Below, one piece after another: positions 26,542 through 36,700 of a stretch of 64,000 nt of DNA. Source of the DNA: Euryarchaeota archaeon UBA28. Its GTDB lineage: Archaea; Thermoplasmatota; Poseidoniia; Poseidoniales; Thalassarchaeaceae. Each line of letters begins with the position of its first letter. Within the stretch, counting starts at the first letter, position 1. The DNA lies in NCBI GenBank assembly GCA_002501605.1, contig DANW01000030.1, positions 24,553 to 88,552 on the forward strand, read 5' to 3'. Both the position numbers and the translations under genes were made by a program. The notes under the pieces are model-generated. The model saw only the letters and a list, made by a program, of their open reading frames with translations, made no database searches and was not told where the DNA came from.

Positions 26542-27378
26542 ATGAAGGGAGTCGCGACGGTCAGAGCAGTCAGTTTACTAGCAGTTGTTGCAATTCTATC
26601 GGGGTTGTGGATGTCACATGGTTTTATTCAGAACTCAGATGCGGTTAATCAGGACGAAATGGAATCAAGTCTTGCCACAATCGAGCATGACGAAGCTTCC
26701 TCCGAACAGGGATTGGATTTAGAAGACGACAACAAAGAGAACCACGATGGCAGTAACAGAGAGCTATCGGATGGCCTGATAGTCAGTGGCTTGGGAACTT
26801 TTGGCTCAATCCTTCTTGGATCAGTTCTACTAGAGTTTGTCAGGGTAATAGTATTGATGGCTTTACTGACTCCATTATTGTCTAGACTCAAGGGCACTAG
26901 AGAAGACCTACTCACAAGAGGTAGAATAATGGGTTATCTTGAAGCCAATGCCGGAATTCATTTCTCAGCATTGAGGGATGCCCTAGGGTTGGCCAACGGC
27001 GTCACAGCCTACCATTTGCAAGTTTTAGAAGCAAGGGAAGATGTCTACTCTTGGAGGGATGGAAAATTGAGACGTTATGCTCCTTCTGGAATCTCGAAGT
27101 CTGAATTGGGACAAATAAAGAATCCGATAATCGGAACTAGGCTAGCTATCCTTGAGGTACTCGCAGATTCGGGCACGCTCGGAGTTTCCGGTAGCGAAAT
27201 CAGAAAGAAGACTATGATTTCAAGGCAACTCCTCAGCCATCATCTGGCCGAATTGAGGAAATCCGATATCATTGAGCCCGCATCAGAGAGGAAGAGGCCG
27301 AATTGGAAGCTATCCCACAAGGGACTACAGTCATTGCAGGCCTCAAAGAAGCTCTCTAATATTGAGTCGTCAGCCTGA
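26542..27378 (+). CDS. Membrane-tethered double winged-HTH protein (COG3398-like regulator)
   Basis: N-terminal TM, acidic linker, TM, then [19 protein letters not shown]...YHL and SRQLLSHHL wHTH units. Confidence 0.8.
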   Translation: MKGVATVRAVSLLAVVAILSGLWMSHGFIQNSDAVNQDEMESSLATIEHDEASSEQGLDLEDDNKENHDGSNRELSDGLIVSGLGTFGSILLGSVLLEFVRVIVLMALLTPLLSRLKGTREDLLTRGRIMGYLEANAGIHFSALRDALGLANGVTAYHLQVLEAREDVYSWRDGKLRRYAPSGISKSELGQIKNPIIGTRLAILEVLADSGTLGVSGSEIRKKTMISRQLLSHHLAELRKSDIIEPASERKRPNWKLSHKGLQSLQASKKLSNIESSA

Positions 27379-27454
27379 CTACGGTAACCTAATTGCCCCA
27401 ATGGAGGGCTTTGTTCAGTCCTGTTCAAGTACTATGTCTGACTGCCAGCGGACA

Positions 27455-27646
27455 ATGGCATTAGGAACAGTAAAGTGGTTTAACTTCACAAAAGGGTATG
27501 GGTTCATCGAGCAGGAAGAGGGTGACGATTTATTTGTACACAAATCTCAAGTTGAGGGACAGATAAGAGAGGGAGACTCAGTTGAGTTCGAAGTTGGCGA
27601 AGGGCCAAAGGGACCAAATGCCATTAATGTGAAAAAGGTCGAATAA
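27455..27646 (+). CDS. cspA: Cold-shock protein (CspA family)
   Basis: GTVKWFN, RNP1 KGYGFI, RNP2 [14 protein letters not shown]. Confidence 0.95.
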   Translation: MALGTVKWFNFTKGYGFIEQEEGDDLFVHKSQVEGQIREGDSVEFEVGEGPKGPNAINVKKVE

Positions 27647-27661
27647 CTCTTTTGTCAACAC

Positions 27662-28948
27662 TCAGAACAACTCTGAGATTCTTTCGGACTCATCCACAAC
27701 GTGTACTATTGATACGCCACTTCCACCCCATCCGGTAAGGGTGTAATCTAAATCTACAGTAGAGATTCTCTTCATGTATCCTGGTTCGTATGCAGGAATT
27801 GATCTATCGCCTATTTTTTCAAACATAACGGGGGCTACATCGACAAAATTTTCCGTTAGGCAGTCAATTATTTCTTGCTCATCCCCATTCCATCGGGAAA
27901 TTGGTACCATTAATCGAAATAGCCTATGTCCATCAGGGGCTCTCCTACCGACATGAACATCGCTTTCATGTAATATCCCACTAAATACTATATCAGGCTC
28001 AGGAAAAAGAGTCCCATATCCGATAGGGACTTCCACAACATCCTCCTCTTTGTAGCCGACAACAAAAACGGATACCTCAGAATCTGCATTTTTCTGTAGA
28101 ATCCCTGGGGCCGACCAAATTATTGATTCAGTTTTTACACCGAATTTCTCGGATATCTCTGTCAAGCTTTCATATTTCGATCCAAGAATGACAGTAACGT
28201 TAGGCATGTCCGCCAGCTCTTGACCTAATTTGTCAATTAATTCGCGCATCCCGTTATCAAATGAGCCAAAGGAACCTTTTTCCGGCTCAAATAAAGGAAA
28301 TGTACGCCTAATTTTTTTTGCCAATCTCATCGAACCCATATTGGGACTCTCACCAAATTTAGTCAAAGAGGGAAATAGAAAATCAGCATCTACACTCTCT
28401 GAGTATTGATTGACTATACCCAGAGTAATGGCATCAGCAAATGACTTATTTGGTATTAATTCAGAAACTGACAAACCTCCTTTTTTTGATTTAATTAATG
28501 ATTTTAAAACTTTAATTACCCCTATCCTGAAGATAATCTTCCAACTCAATTTGATGTACTTCCCATCCAAGAATATCCATCTTTCCTTGGCCTCCCTTTT
28601 TGACCCCTGAAAGCTTCCCCCAAGATTTAGGTCATTCACTAGCCTCCAAAATGCCGGGTGAGGACGAGCTGAACTTACGGCGATATCACAAAGCCAATCC
28701 CCACTTCTCCATGTATCTATTACTCCTCCCAGACAGTTCTCCTTCTCAAGGATAACAACCCTCCTTCTAGGATTTTTTTTCGCTATACGGAAACCAGTTA
28801 CCATTCCCGATAAACCGCCACCAACAATCACACTGGTATCACCGTCTACGATAGAGGGATGTACAAGTAGAGGCCTCCTGAGCTCTTGACCATGTTTCAC
28901 CCAATCTTCGGTATTGTATTCCACTGGCAATACCCCGTTTATATCCAA
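27662..28948 (-). CDS. hemY: FAD-dependent protoporphyrinogen oxidase (HemY-like), divergent
   Basis: IVGGGLSG, LEK...GGVI, GYGTL, SIPAY, GVSI motifs; last gene of the hem operon. Confidence 0.75.
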   Translation of the reverse strand: MDINGVLPVEYNTEDWVKHGQELRRPLLVHPSIVDGDTSVIVGGGLSGMVTGFRIAKKNPRRRVVILEKENCLGGVIDTWRSGDWLCDIAVSSARPHPAFWRLVNDLNLGGSFQGSKREAKERWIFLDGKYIKLSWKIIFRIGVIKVLKSLIKSKKGGLSVSELIPNKSFADAITLGIVNQYSESVDADFLFPSLTKFGESPNMGSMRLAKKIRRTFPLFEPEKGSFGSFDNGMRELIDKLGQELADMPNVTVILGSKYESLTEISEKFGVKTESIIWSAPGILQKNADSEVSVFVVGYKEEDVVEVPIGYGTLFPEPDIVFSGILHESDVHVGRRAPDGHRLFRLMVPISRWNGDEQEIIDCLTENFVDVAPVMFEKIGDRSIPAYEPGYMKRISTVDLDYTLTGWGGSGVSIVHVVDESERISELF

Positions 28949-29844
28949 TCCTTGGGAAATCTAAGAGCCTGCAACATCTCTTCCTCGGACGAACCAACAT
29001 CGGGCTCATGGCAGTATTCCCAGCTAGCTGTTTCAGGCAGAGACATAAGGATACTCTCTATTCTTCCATTAGTATTGAGTCCGAACTTTGTTCCTCTATC
29101 ATAGACAAGATTGAATTCAACGTATCTGCCCCTTCTTATCCTCTGCCAATGCTTATTTTCAGAATTAAAATCCATATCCTTCCGTCGTCTGATTATCGGC
29201 AGGTAAGAGTCAATAAAGCCCTCTGCACACTCTTCCACGAAAGAGTAGCAGGAGTCTTTGTCTATTTTATCCAAGCCATCAAAGAATATCCCACCGATTC
29301 CCCTGTGTTCATTCCGGTGATTTATGAAAAAGTACTCATCGCAATTCTGTTTAAACTCATTATAATCCGCCACTGGATGTCTATCACAGATATCCTTGTA
29401 AGTTCTGTGAAAGTGACTCGAGTCTTCCGTGAAAAGATAGGACGGAGTAAGATCTGCCCCCCCTCCAAACCACCAGCTCCCCGGGGTCGTACCATCTCCT
29501 CTTTCGAAATATCTGTAATTAGCATGTACTGTCGGAGCCATGGGATTTATTGGATGAAGTACAAGACTTATTCCAGTCGCAAAAAACTCTCTCTCCTTTC
29601 CACCTGTTATCTTTCCCCCCGCCAGATTATCTGCCGCTTCCTCACTCAGCGTGCCATACACCTCGCTGATATTAACACCGGCTTTCTCGAAGACGATACC
29701 TCCGGAGAATACTCTACTCCTTCCTCCTCCTCCCTCTGCCCTCTTCCATTTGTCCTCTCTATATTCCGATTCATCAAGGACTTGTATCATATCACATATT
29801 TCCTCTTGGACTCTACGAATCATTGACACCATTTTCTCTTTCAT
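28939..29844 (-). CDS. hemF: Oxygen-dependent coproporphyrinogen III oxidase
   Basis: FEKAGVN, HPINPMAPTVHANYRYF, WFGGGADLTP, RGIGGIFFD, RRGRYVEFNLVYDRGT. Confidence 0.97.
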   Translation of the reverse strand: MKEKMVSMIRRVQEEICDMIQVLDESEYREDKWKRAEGGGGRSRVFSGGIVFEKAGVNISEVYGTLSEEAADNLAGGKITGGKEREFFATGISLVLHPINPMAPTVHANYRYFERGDGTTPGSWWFGGGADLTPSYLFTEDSSHFHRTYKDICDRHPVADYNEFKQNCDEYFFINHRNEHRGIGGIFFDGLDKIDKDSCYSFVEECAEGFIDSYLPIIRRRKDMDFNSENKHWQRIRRGRYVEFNLVYDRGTKFGLNTNGRIESILMSLPETASWEYCHEPDVGSSEEEMLQALRFPKDWI

Positions 29845-30878
29845 GGTATATCCCCGCATACAGTCCTGATTACGGCCTCAACACAATCTATCCTTGCGCT
29901 GGGAGCAAAACCGTGACCTAGATTGAAGATATGCCCGGGTTTCCCTCCTGCCACCTTGAGGACCCTGGCCGCAGCTTCCTTTGCTACATCTGTAGAGCCA
30001 TGCAATTTAGACGGGTCAAGATTACCTTGGAAAGCTATCATTTCTCCATAATTTTCACGATTATACCTCATATCATCTCTCCAATCTAAGGAGAGTCCTT
30101 GTATGTCCATATCTCTTATCTGGTTATGCAAATGACCAGACCCTTTGGCATAGTGGATTAGGGGGACGAACTTTTTTGATTTCTCTCTGAAGACTTGTAT
30201 GGCTTTTTCTGTGGCTATTTGAGATAGATTCCTGTAATCCTCATTGGAAAGAAGTCCAGCCCATGTATCGAAAATTTGGACAACATCAGCACCTCCTGAA
30301 TTTACCTGATCTGCGAGCAAGTCTCCGACAATTTCCCCCATTTTCATAAGGAGCCTCTTTGAGTCCTCTGGGTTTGATGAAACTAAGGCTCGAGCATTAT
30401 TGAAATCCTTGTCTCCCGTACCTCCTGAAAGCAGATACATGGATATTGTCCAAGGTGAGCCAACAAAACCTATTTTCGCCTTTTCATCGCCTATTTCTTC
30501 CCCGATAGCCTTGAGTCCATCGGCAGCCCAAGGAGCATGTTTTCTGGAGTTAAATGATGCCCAACCATCCACATCATCGAATTTGAATGGATCGATACGG
30601 ATCCCTCCGCCATATTCTACATCATATCCTAAGCTTGGCAACGGTGTGAGAATATCACTGAAAACAATCGCCGAGTCAATCTGCTTGTACCTGACCAACG
30701 GCTGTAACGAGATTTTTGAGCATAAATCAGAATCTTTACATCTCTCCCAGAAGGAGTGGGATTTGGCGATTTCCCTGTATTCAGGAAGATGTCTCCCAGC
30801 CTGCCTCATAAACCATATTGGTACCCTATCGACCTCTTGGAGAGACAGCGCGGCATTCATTCTCTCTAGTCCATTCAT
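29841..30878 (-). CDS. hemE: Uroporphyrinogen decarboxylase
   Basis: PIWFMRQAGR, FSDIL, GFVGSPWT, QGNLDP, IFNLGHG. Confidence 0.97.
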   Translation of the reverse strand: MNGLERMNAALSLQEVDRVPIWFMRQAGRHLPEYREIAKSHSFWERCKDSDLCSKISLQPLVRYKQIDSAIVFSDILTPLPSLGYDVEYGGGIRIDPFKFDDVDGWASFNSRKHAPWAADGLKAIGEEIGDEKAKIGFVGSPWTISMYLLSGGTGDKDFNNARALVSSNPEDSKRLLMKMGEIVGDLLADQVNSGGADVVQIFDTWAGLLSNEDYRNLSQIATEKAIQVFREKSKKFVPLIHYAKGSGHLHNQIRDMDIQGLSLDWRDDMRYNRENYGEMIAFQGNLDPSKLHGSTDVAKEAAARVLKVAGGKPGHIFNLGHGFAPSARIDCVEAVIRTVCGDIP

Positions 30879-32176
30879 AGAAGATCCCCCAGGTCTCTCA
30901 ATACCCCGTCTAGTGCTTTAGCAAGACCGATAACATGTTCCTCATTGTGTGATGTGGAGAGGAAACCGATCTCATACGATGATGGTGCCATCATGTATCC
31001 ACGTTGTAGAAGACCAAGATGCACATCCGCGTAAAGTTTCGACCCATTATCGGGAATTTCATCCGAACGTCTGGGGAGTTCCCCAGGGCCAGGAGATAGC
31101 CAGAAAAGACTCCCTATTCTGACTAACCTCATTGGGAATGAATGTTTTTCCAAAACAGAACCAACCTCTCTTTCTAGTAGACTCCCGAGCCCTTCTAAAA
31201 ACTCGTAGGCATCATCGTCAAGAAGATCAATTGTTGCAACTCCAGCAGCCATAGCAAGTGGATTTCCTGATAAGGTACCGGCCTGATAAACAGGCCCCAT
31301 CGGCGATAAAACGCTCATGATTTCTCTTGAGGCTCCGTAAGCTCCAACTGGCAAACCTCCGCCAATAACCTTCCCTAATGTAGTAATATCTGGCTCTATT
31401 CCAATATGCCCGGCGTATCCGCCTACAGGGAACCTGAAGCCACTTATGACCTCATCAAAAATCAACAATGAACCATACTCGTCACACAAGCTCCTTAATT
31501 TCTCAAGAAACTCTTTCCTTTGTATTAGCAATCCATTATTTGCAGGAAGAGGCTCAATTATCACAGCTGCGATATTCTCGCCATTATCGTTGAAAACATA
31601 TTCCAGAGCACCCTCATCATCTAGTGGCAAAACAATTGTCGTTCCAGAGGTAGCGTCTGGAATACCCGGGCTACTAGAAATTCCAAACGTTGCCAAACCA
31701 CTCCCAGATTTAACCATAAGTGAGTCCACGTGACCATGATAACAACCCTCGAATTTTACTATCGCATCTCTACCTGTGTACCCCCTAGCTAGCCTGACTG
31801 CACTCATCACAGCTTCTGTACCAGATGAAACAAATCTAACCAAATCTATTGAGGGAAATCTTTCCTTGACTCTCTTGGCTAGCTCAATTTCACCGATATG
31901 TGGAGCTCCAAATGATGTTCCTTTCGCCATTACCTCACTTATACTCTTGATTATTTCAGGATGTGCGTGACCATGTACCAAAGGGCCCCATGATTGAACG
32001 AAGTCAACTAGGCTGTTTCCGTCAGCATCTTCGACTATCGCTCCTGATGCGCGATTGAAGTATATGGGGTCACCATGAACTGATTTGAATGCCCTAACAG
32101 GGGAATTAACACCTCCAACAAGATGCCTATTTGCCTCCTGATGGAGCTGACTAGAGGTGCTTCTATCCATGTTCAT
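30875..32176 (-). CDS. hemL: Glutamate-1-semialdehyde 2,1-aminomutase
   Basis: GGVNSPVRAF, SGTEAVM, FEGCYHG, LGKVIGGGLP, YQAGTLSGNP. Confidence 0.97.
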   Translation of the reverse strand: MNMDRSTSSQLHQEANRHLVGGVNSPVRAFKSVHGDPIYFNRASGAIVEDADGNSLVDFVQSWGPLVHGHAHPEIIKSISEVMAKGTSFGAPHIGEIELAKRVKERFPSIDLVRFVSSGTEAVMSAVRLARGYTGRDAIVKFEGCYHGHVDSLMVKSGSGLATFGISSSPGIPDATSGTTIVLPLDDEGALEYVFNDNGENIAAVIIEPLPANNGLLIQRKEFLEKLRSLCDEYGSLLIFDEVISGFRFPVGGYAGHIGIEPDITTLGKVIGGGLPVGAYGASREIMSVLSPMGPVYQAGTLSGNPLAMAAGVATIDLLDDDAYEFLEGLGSLLEREVGSVLEKHSFPMRLVRIGSLFWLSPGPGELPRRSDEIPDNGSKLYADVHLGLLQRGYMMAPSSYEIGFLSTSHNEEHVIGLAKALDGVLRDLGDLL

Positions 32177-33144
32177 TACCTCAGTAATTTTCCAGAAAAA
32201 GCCTCTCTTGCATGATATGTTACGATAATGGAGGCCCCAGATCTTGCAAACGAAGACAATACTTCGGCAATCATCAAGCCCCTGCTCTTGCTGTCTGGAC
32301 AGCTTTTGTGGACCATTGAGTATTCCCCACTCACATTGTACACGGCAACGGGCCTCAATACTTCATCCGAGACTACCTTCAGAACGTCCAGGTATGGTAA
32401 TCCAGGCTTAATCATGATAATATCGGCACCCTCTCTTTCGTCCTGTAATGCCTCTAGTAACGCCTCATCATAACCTGATCTTACATCCATTTGATGGCTC
32501 TTTCTATCGCCGAATTTTGGGGAAGATGAAGCGGCATCTCGAAATGGTCCGTAAAATGAGGATGCATACTTTACCGAGTATGATAGAATTCCCGTTTCAT
32601 GGTATCCCCTCTCTTCCAGGGCGCCCCTAACCTCTGCAACCCTGTTATCCATCATATCCGATAATGAGATGTAATCGACTCCAGCTTCAGCATTGGAGAG
32701 TGCGATCCTTACCAATTCCCCTACTGACTTGTCATTGGCTATCTTTTCGCCTTCAAGGACTCCACAATGTCCGTGGTCAGTCCCTGTACACAAGCAGACA
32801 TCAGAGAAAATTACAATTTCATTCCCGTGTCGCTTTCTGAGCTCTCTGATAGCCACGTTTAGAGGGGAATCAGGCTCGGAAGCCATCGTTGCAATAGGGT
32901 CCTTCAACTCCTCATCCATTACGTAGAATAACATGTGAGACGTTAATCCCATGTCCATGTCTCTACCAATAGTATCAAGCAAAACATCGACCGATTGACG
33001 GTAAATACCTGGCATATCGTCTATCTCCTCGCTCCTCAATTTTCCAGATACTACAAAATGAGGCTGTACTAAGGACGCTTCAATATCCCTAGAATAAATC
33101 AAATCCCTCCTAGAGGGCGTGAAACGATTGATTCTTAGCCTCAT
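32176..33144 (-). CDS. hemB: Porphobilinogen synthase (Zn-type)
   Basis: DVCLC...HGHCG, SDMMD, KYASSFYGPFR, MIKPG, YNVSGEY. Confidence 0.96.
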   Translation of the reverse strand: MRLRINRFTPSRRDLIYSRDIEASLVQPHFVVSGKLRSEEIDDMPGIYRQSVDVLLDTIGRDMDMGLTSHMLFYVMDEELKDPIATMASEPDSPLNVAIRELRKRHGNEIVIFSDVCLCTGTDHGHCGVLEGEKIANDKSVGELVRIALSNAEAGVDYISLSDMMDNRVAEVRGALEERGYHETGILSYSVKYASSFYGPFRDAASSSPKFGDRKSHQMDVRSGYDEALLEALQDEREGADIIMIKPGLPYLDVLKVVSDEVLRPVAVYNVSGEYSMVHKSCPDSKSRGLMIAEVLSSFARSGASIIVTYHAREAFSGKLLR

Positions 33145-33148
33145 TTAA

Positions 33149-34837
33149 CTACTTCCTGTTGTCTCTCCACCAGAGTGTAATACTTTCAGTTACTGGGCCA
33201 TCTAGAACGATTAGCTCGGTGTTGTTAAATCTCTCTATGCTTTGAATTTCTGTTTCTGTCGTTGTTCCCATGCAAATCACAGTATCCGGTACGGGTAGCT
33301 CGTTGTAATCCCAAGACCTGGCAGACGAGGGAGAGGAGATGAGCAAGACATCATTTCTTTCCATCCCATCAAACTCCACAATCTTTCTCGAATTTTGATA
33401 TCCAACCCATGAACTAACCGTAAAACCTGACTTTCTGAGATTATTCACCATATCGTCAGTACCAACGTTGGATCTCGGTATGAGAAGAGGAACACGCTTA
33501 GAGATATTTTTCTTGATGTATTTTTCAAGCTCTTTGGAGTTCTTGGCGTTGGCGCATATTGAGGCAGGGTTTCCGTGTTGGAAACATGATCGCGCAGTCC
33601 CTGCCCCTATAGCAAGCCACTGGATTCTACCAAGATCAGGAATTACTTCTATCATCTTCGAAGCACACTTTGAGGCAAATGGAGATGTAAGCACTAATAT
33701 CGGCCATTTATTCCTAGGAATAGAAAAATTAAGACGAAACTCGGGCCAATTATCTTTAATTTCTGTTAATTCAATGACCGGTGTGTTTAGAACCTCAATA
33801 CCGATATCTCCTAGTTTCACCCTCATTCTATCAGAATTCAACGTTGAGACTAATCTTGAAGAGCCTCGAAAACCCATATCATGTTTAGTGTCCGAGTCGG
33901 TTTCTGATTCCGGAAGAGGTCCATTTTTATCAATTGCCAGAAGCTCGAAATTCCCTCCGGATGAATATCGATCCCTCCAATCTTCAGGGGCAATGTATCC
34001 ATGCGACTCACCATCCACACACTCTACTCCCACTGGAGTTCTGCACCCTCCTCCCAGATATTTCAGAATCCTGCGTTCTTCACCTACTGAAACTTCGGTA
34101 TTGTGATGATTTAGTATTTCTCTTACCCAACTAAACTCTGTCAATTTTTCTGTCAAACAATGTACGACTATCGCTCCCTGTCCCGGTGCAGTAGGCCAAT
34201 CTATTGGATTTATCCTCATCGCATGTATGTCAAGGCTACCCTCTGGCAGTGCATCTAGTTGAGCAAGTCGCTGAATCCCAGCTTCAGCTAGGATGATACC
34301 CTCAACTCTCCCTTGGAGAAGCCTCTCAATTCTTGTCTCCACTCTTCCCCTTATCGCCAATGGAATAACATCATCCCTCTTAGACAAGAAAAATGACTGC
34401 CTCCTAACAGATGACGTACCTATCCTTCCACCTTTAGGAAATGTATCCAAGACCATATCCAAGTCACTGGACTCAGATGAATTGATAACTTCGCCCAATC
34501 TCTTAGTTCCTTTTCCCTCGTATGAAAGCAGAATGATATCAGAGGTAACCCCCCTCTCTAGATATGCCAAAGTCGATATCCTATCATCGTAATCGACCGG
34601 GACATCCTTGCTAGAATGCACCGCAATATCTATTTCGTCAAGAAATAATCTTTCATCGACCGATTTGACAAATTGTCCAACATTCGTCGAAAGATTACCT
34701 CCTAAGGACAGATCGCCGGTTGATTTGATTCCGATCATGTCTACCTCAGCATCATTATCCCGTAATTTTCCGGCGGCTAGCTCTGATTGCCACATCGCTA
34801 ACTTGGATGTCCTACTTCCAAGCCTTATTTTCTTCAA
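33149..34837 (-). CDS. hemC: Hydroxymethylbilane synthase fused to a uroporphyrinogen-III synthase-like domain (HemC-HemD)
   Basis: GSRTSKLAMWQ, VHSSKDVP, GTSSVRR, GGCRTPVG; C-terminal LTSP / AIGAGTA / SSPSS / CMGTTT HemD-like motifs. Confidence 0.9.
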   Translation of the reverse strand: MKKIRLGSRTSKLAMWQSELAAGKLRDNDAEVDMIGIKSTGDLSLGGNLSTNVGQFVKSVDERLFLDEIDIAVHSSKDVPVDYDDRISTLAYLERGVTSDIILLSYEGKGTKRLGEVINSSESSDLDMVLDTFPKGGRIGTSSVRRQSFFLSKRDDVIPLAIRGRVETRIERLLQGRVEGIILAEAGIQRLAQLDALPEGSLDIHAMRINPIDWPTAPGQGAIVVHCLTEKLTEFSWVREILNHHNTEVSVGEERRILKYLGGGCRTPVGVECVDGESHGYIAPEDWRDRYSSGGNFELLAIDKNGPLPESETDSDTKHDMGFRGSSRLVSTLNSDRMRVKLGDIGIEVLNTPVIELTEIKDNWPEFRLNFSIPRNKWPILVLTSPFASKCASKMIEVIPDLGRIQWLAIGAGTARSCFQHGNPASICANAKNSKELEKYIKKNISKRVPLLIPRSNVGTDDMVNNLRKSGFTVSSWVGYQNSRKIVEFDGMERNDVLLISSPSSARSWDYNELPVPDTVICMGTTTETEIQSIERFNNTELIVLDGPVTESITLWWRDNRK

Positions 34838-36198
34838 GCGCTAGCCCCCATGAGAGAGTCTAAGTTACTCATACGGACCATTTCTCTCATGACATCAAAT
34901 GAAATTTCTGACAGGAGATCAGAATTGATATCCCTATCTGTGTTCATGACCATATTTTGCAGATCATTTTCATTAAAAATACTATCCTGATTACATATCC
35001 ATGTTGCTATCTCTCTTGAGAAAGCCTTCATCTGAGATGCCTCTGAGGACCGACATTCCAGAGCCCCCCAGTCTTGAGATTTAGATTCAAGAGTCGAGTA
35101 GACATGCGCCCTAAATCTTGATTGAGTTCTTCCATTCAAAGCCTTCATGAACCTCTCTTCTATTGCAGATATGATAAGATTGCCGGAGTCAACGGTCTTC
35201 TCGTATTCCCACTCCTTCCCAAGCTTGTGAGCTGACCTTATCCAATACTCCATATCCATTAATCCCTGTTCGGTGCTAAGACCATTCCTATCAATGGAAG
35301 GTGGCCATGAAAAATCCATGACCTTCGTTGTTTCGGGCACGGGTAGAGGATTCTCGCGATTGAATGTGGGGAATGTGTTTCTGATTGTCGATATTACGAT
35401 TGAGGGGTTCTCTTCCCCCTTCCATTCCTCAAAGCTCTTGAAGTTGATCAAGTCAACTAATTCAGGGGTTCTTTTCGAAGACTCTTCTTTTGACCGTGTC
35501 ACGACATGAATATTTTTCTGACCCAACCCAATTAGAATTTCTACAGCCTTCCTGCCCATCGAGCCGTAGCCGATTACGGTGATCGATCCTTGGTTATCTT
35601 CGCTTATTGCCTGCTGTATAGCAGTGGTGCCAAGACTCAGCATTGATTCCGGGGTCTTAGTAAAACCAAGCTCCTTCCTCAAGCCTCTATTGGCCGCTAC
35701 GGCATGGTCTAGGAACGTTGCGTTGTGCGTACTCAAAAGCTTTGACTCCTTATGCCATGCTATGGCGTCTCTGAATTGGCTCATGACCTGCAGCTCTCCG
35801 ATTATGAAGGAATCTAATCCAGAGCAAATCTTGACTAGGTGCCTCCAAGCTTCCATCCCTTTGAAGGTATCAAACGGGGCATAATCTAATACTGAATTAC
35901 TGAGGACACTATTTTTGAGATGACTCACAGAGCAATCGAACCCCACGAACAGGACCCTGTTACAGGTTGAGAACTCAAAAACATCACATCCGGCAGCCTC
36001 GGATAATCGCATTACATGGCTTTTTCTCTCCGGCTCGTTCATACCCTCACTCGTTAACTCCTTTACGAACTCAAGATTATCTTTGGATAATCTCATACCT
36101 ATCATTGACACACTTTCAATTCTCTTCGCTATATGCTCATTTCCATCAGTGGGAACGCTATCCTTCAGAAGTCGACTGAAGTCAAAAGTTACACTCAT
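34834..36198 (-). CDS. hemA: Glutamyl-tRNA reductase, divergent
   Basis: STCNR catalytic motif, GLDSFIIGELQV, IGYGSMG; GGTGAT SD before the ATG at 36198. Confidence 0.88.
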   Translation of the reverse strand: MSVTFDFSRLLKDSVPTDGNEHIAKRIESVSMIGMRLSKDNLEFVKELTSEGMNEPERKSHVMRLSEAAGCDVFEFSTCNRVLFVGFDCSVSHLKNSVLSNSVLDYAPFDTFKGMEAWRHLVKICSGLDSFIIGELQVMSQFRDAIAWHKESKLLSTHNATFLDHAVAANRGLRKELGFTKTPESMLSLGTTAIQQAISEDNQGSITVIGYGSMGRKAVEILIGLGQKNIHVVTRSKEESSKRTPELVDLINFKSFEEWKGEENPSIVISTIRNTFPTFNRENPLPVPETTKVMDFSWPPSIDRNGLSTEQGLMDMEYWIRSAHKLGKEWEYEKTVDSGNLIISAIEERFMKALNGRTQSRFRAHVYSTLESKSQDWGALECRSSEASQMKAFSREIATWICNQDSIFNENDLQNMVMNTDRDINSDLLSEISFDVMREMVRMSNLDSLMGASA

Positions 36199-36371
36199 AG
36201 CAATCACCGGGGCTACACTCCCAGACTCCCGTCTAACCCACCCCTTATGAACATCGTTTAACGAAAATCTGTGACGATGATTTGATTTCCATCATCCGGA
36301 ACTTGCTAGAGTGATGCGGCCTTGATGCAAATTCGCACGCCCTTTATGTGTGGGTCTGCATAAGTCATGGC

Positions 36372-36575
36372 ATGGAGCAGAGTTTGGACCTACAGATTGC
36401 CGCCCTGATTTTTCTTGGCGGCACGAAGAACCTCGTCTCCGAAAAGGAGCATGGAGACGTTGAAAGAATGAGTGAAGACGAGGGCATTGAATGCGATCCG
36501 TCAATCCCGCACACGATACTCAATACAACTACCACCAGTTTCTTCCCATTCCGCACACCTCTAGATTTTCCCTAG
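36372..36575 (+). CDS. Putative 67-aa hypothetical protein between hemA and hemH
   Basis: TTATGTG lies 21 nt before the ATG, nearly the same motif and spacing as upstream of rpoK (22 nt); no family recognised. Confidence 0.4.
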   Translation: MEQSLDLQIAALIFLGGTKNLVSEKEHGDVERMSEDEGIECDPSIPHTILNTTTTSFFPFRTPLDFP

Positions 36576-36700
36576 CCGGTTAGACAGTAGTTTATGAACC
36601 GATTTTGGTATCGATAGCCACGAAGACAATTGAGTCATGTCGACGCCCTTGCTCTTCCATGATGGCATTTTCAAAAAAATCTGACAAGCAGTGTGATATC

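Noticed and set aside
29008-29826. 272-aa ORF antisense to hemF
   Set aside because: Entirely within a well-conserved gene, no recognisable motifs; likely a shadow ORF
33468-34106. 212-aa antisense ORF in hemC/D (similar ones at 61733-62356, 30400-30921 and 8762-9223)
   Set aside because: Ser/Ile/Pro-rich mirror-frame translations of real genes
36529-36549. Minus-strand mini-ORF MGRNWW with a GAGGTG SD upstream of hemA, resembling a Trp leader peptide
   Set aside because: No attenuator/terminator recognised, about 330 bp from hemA, no Trp-pathway context; likely chance
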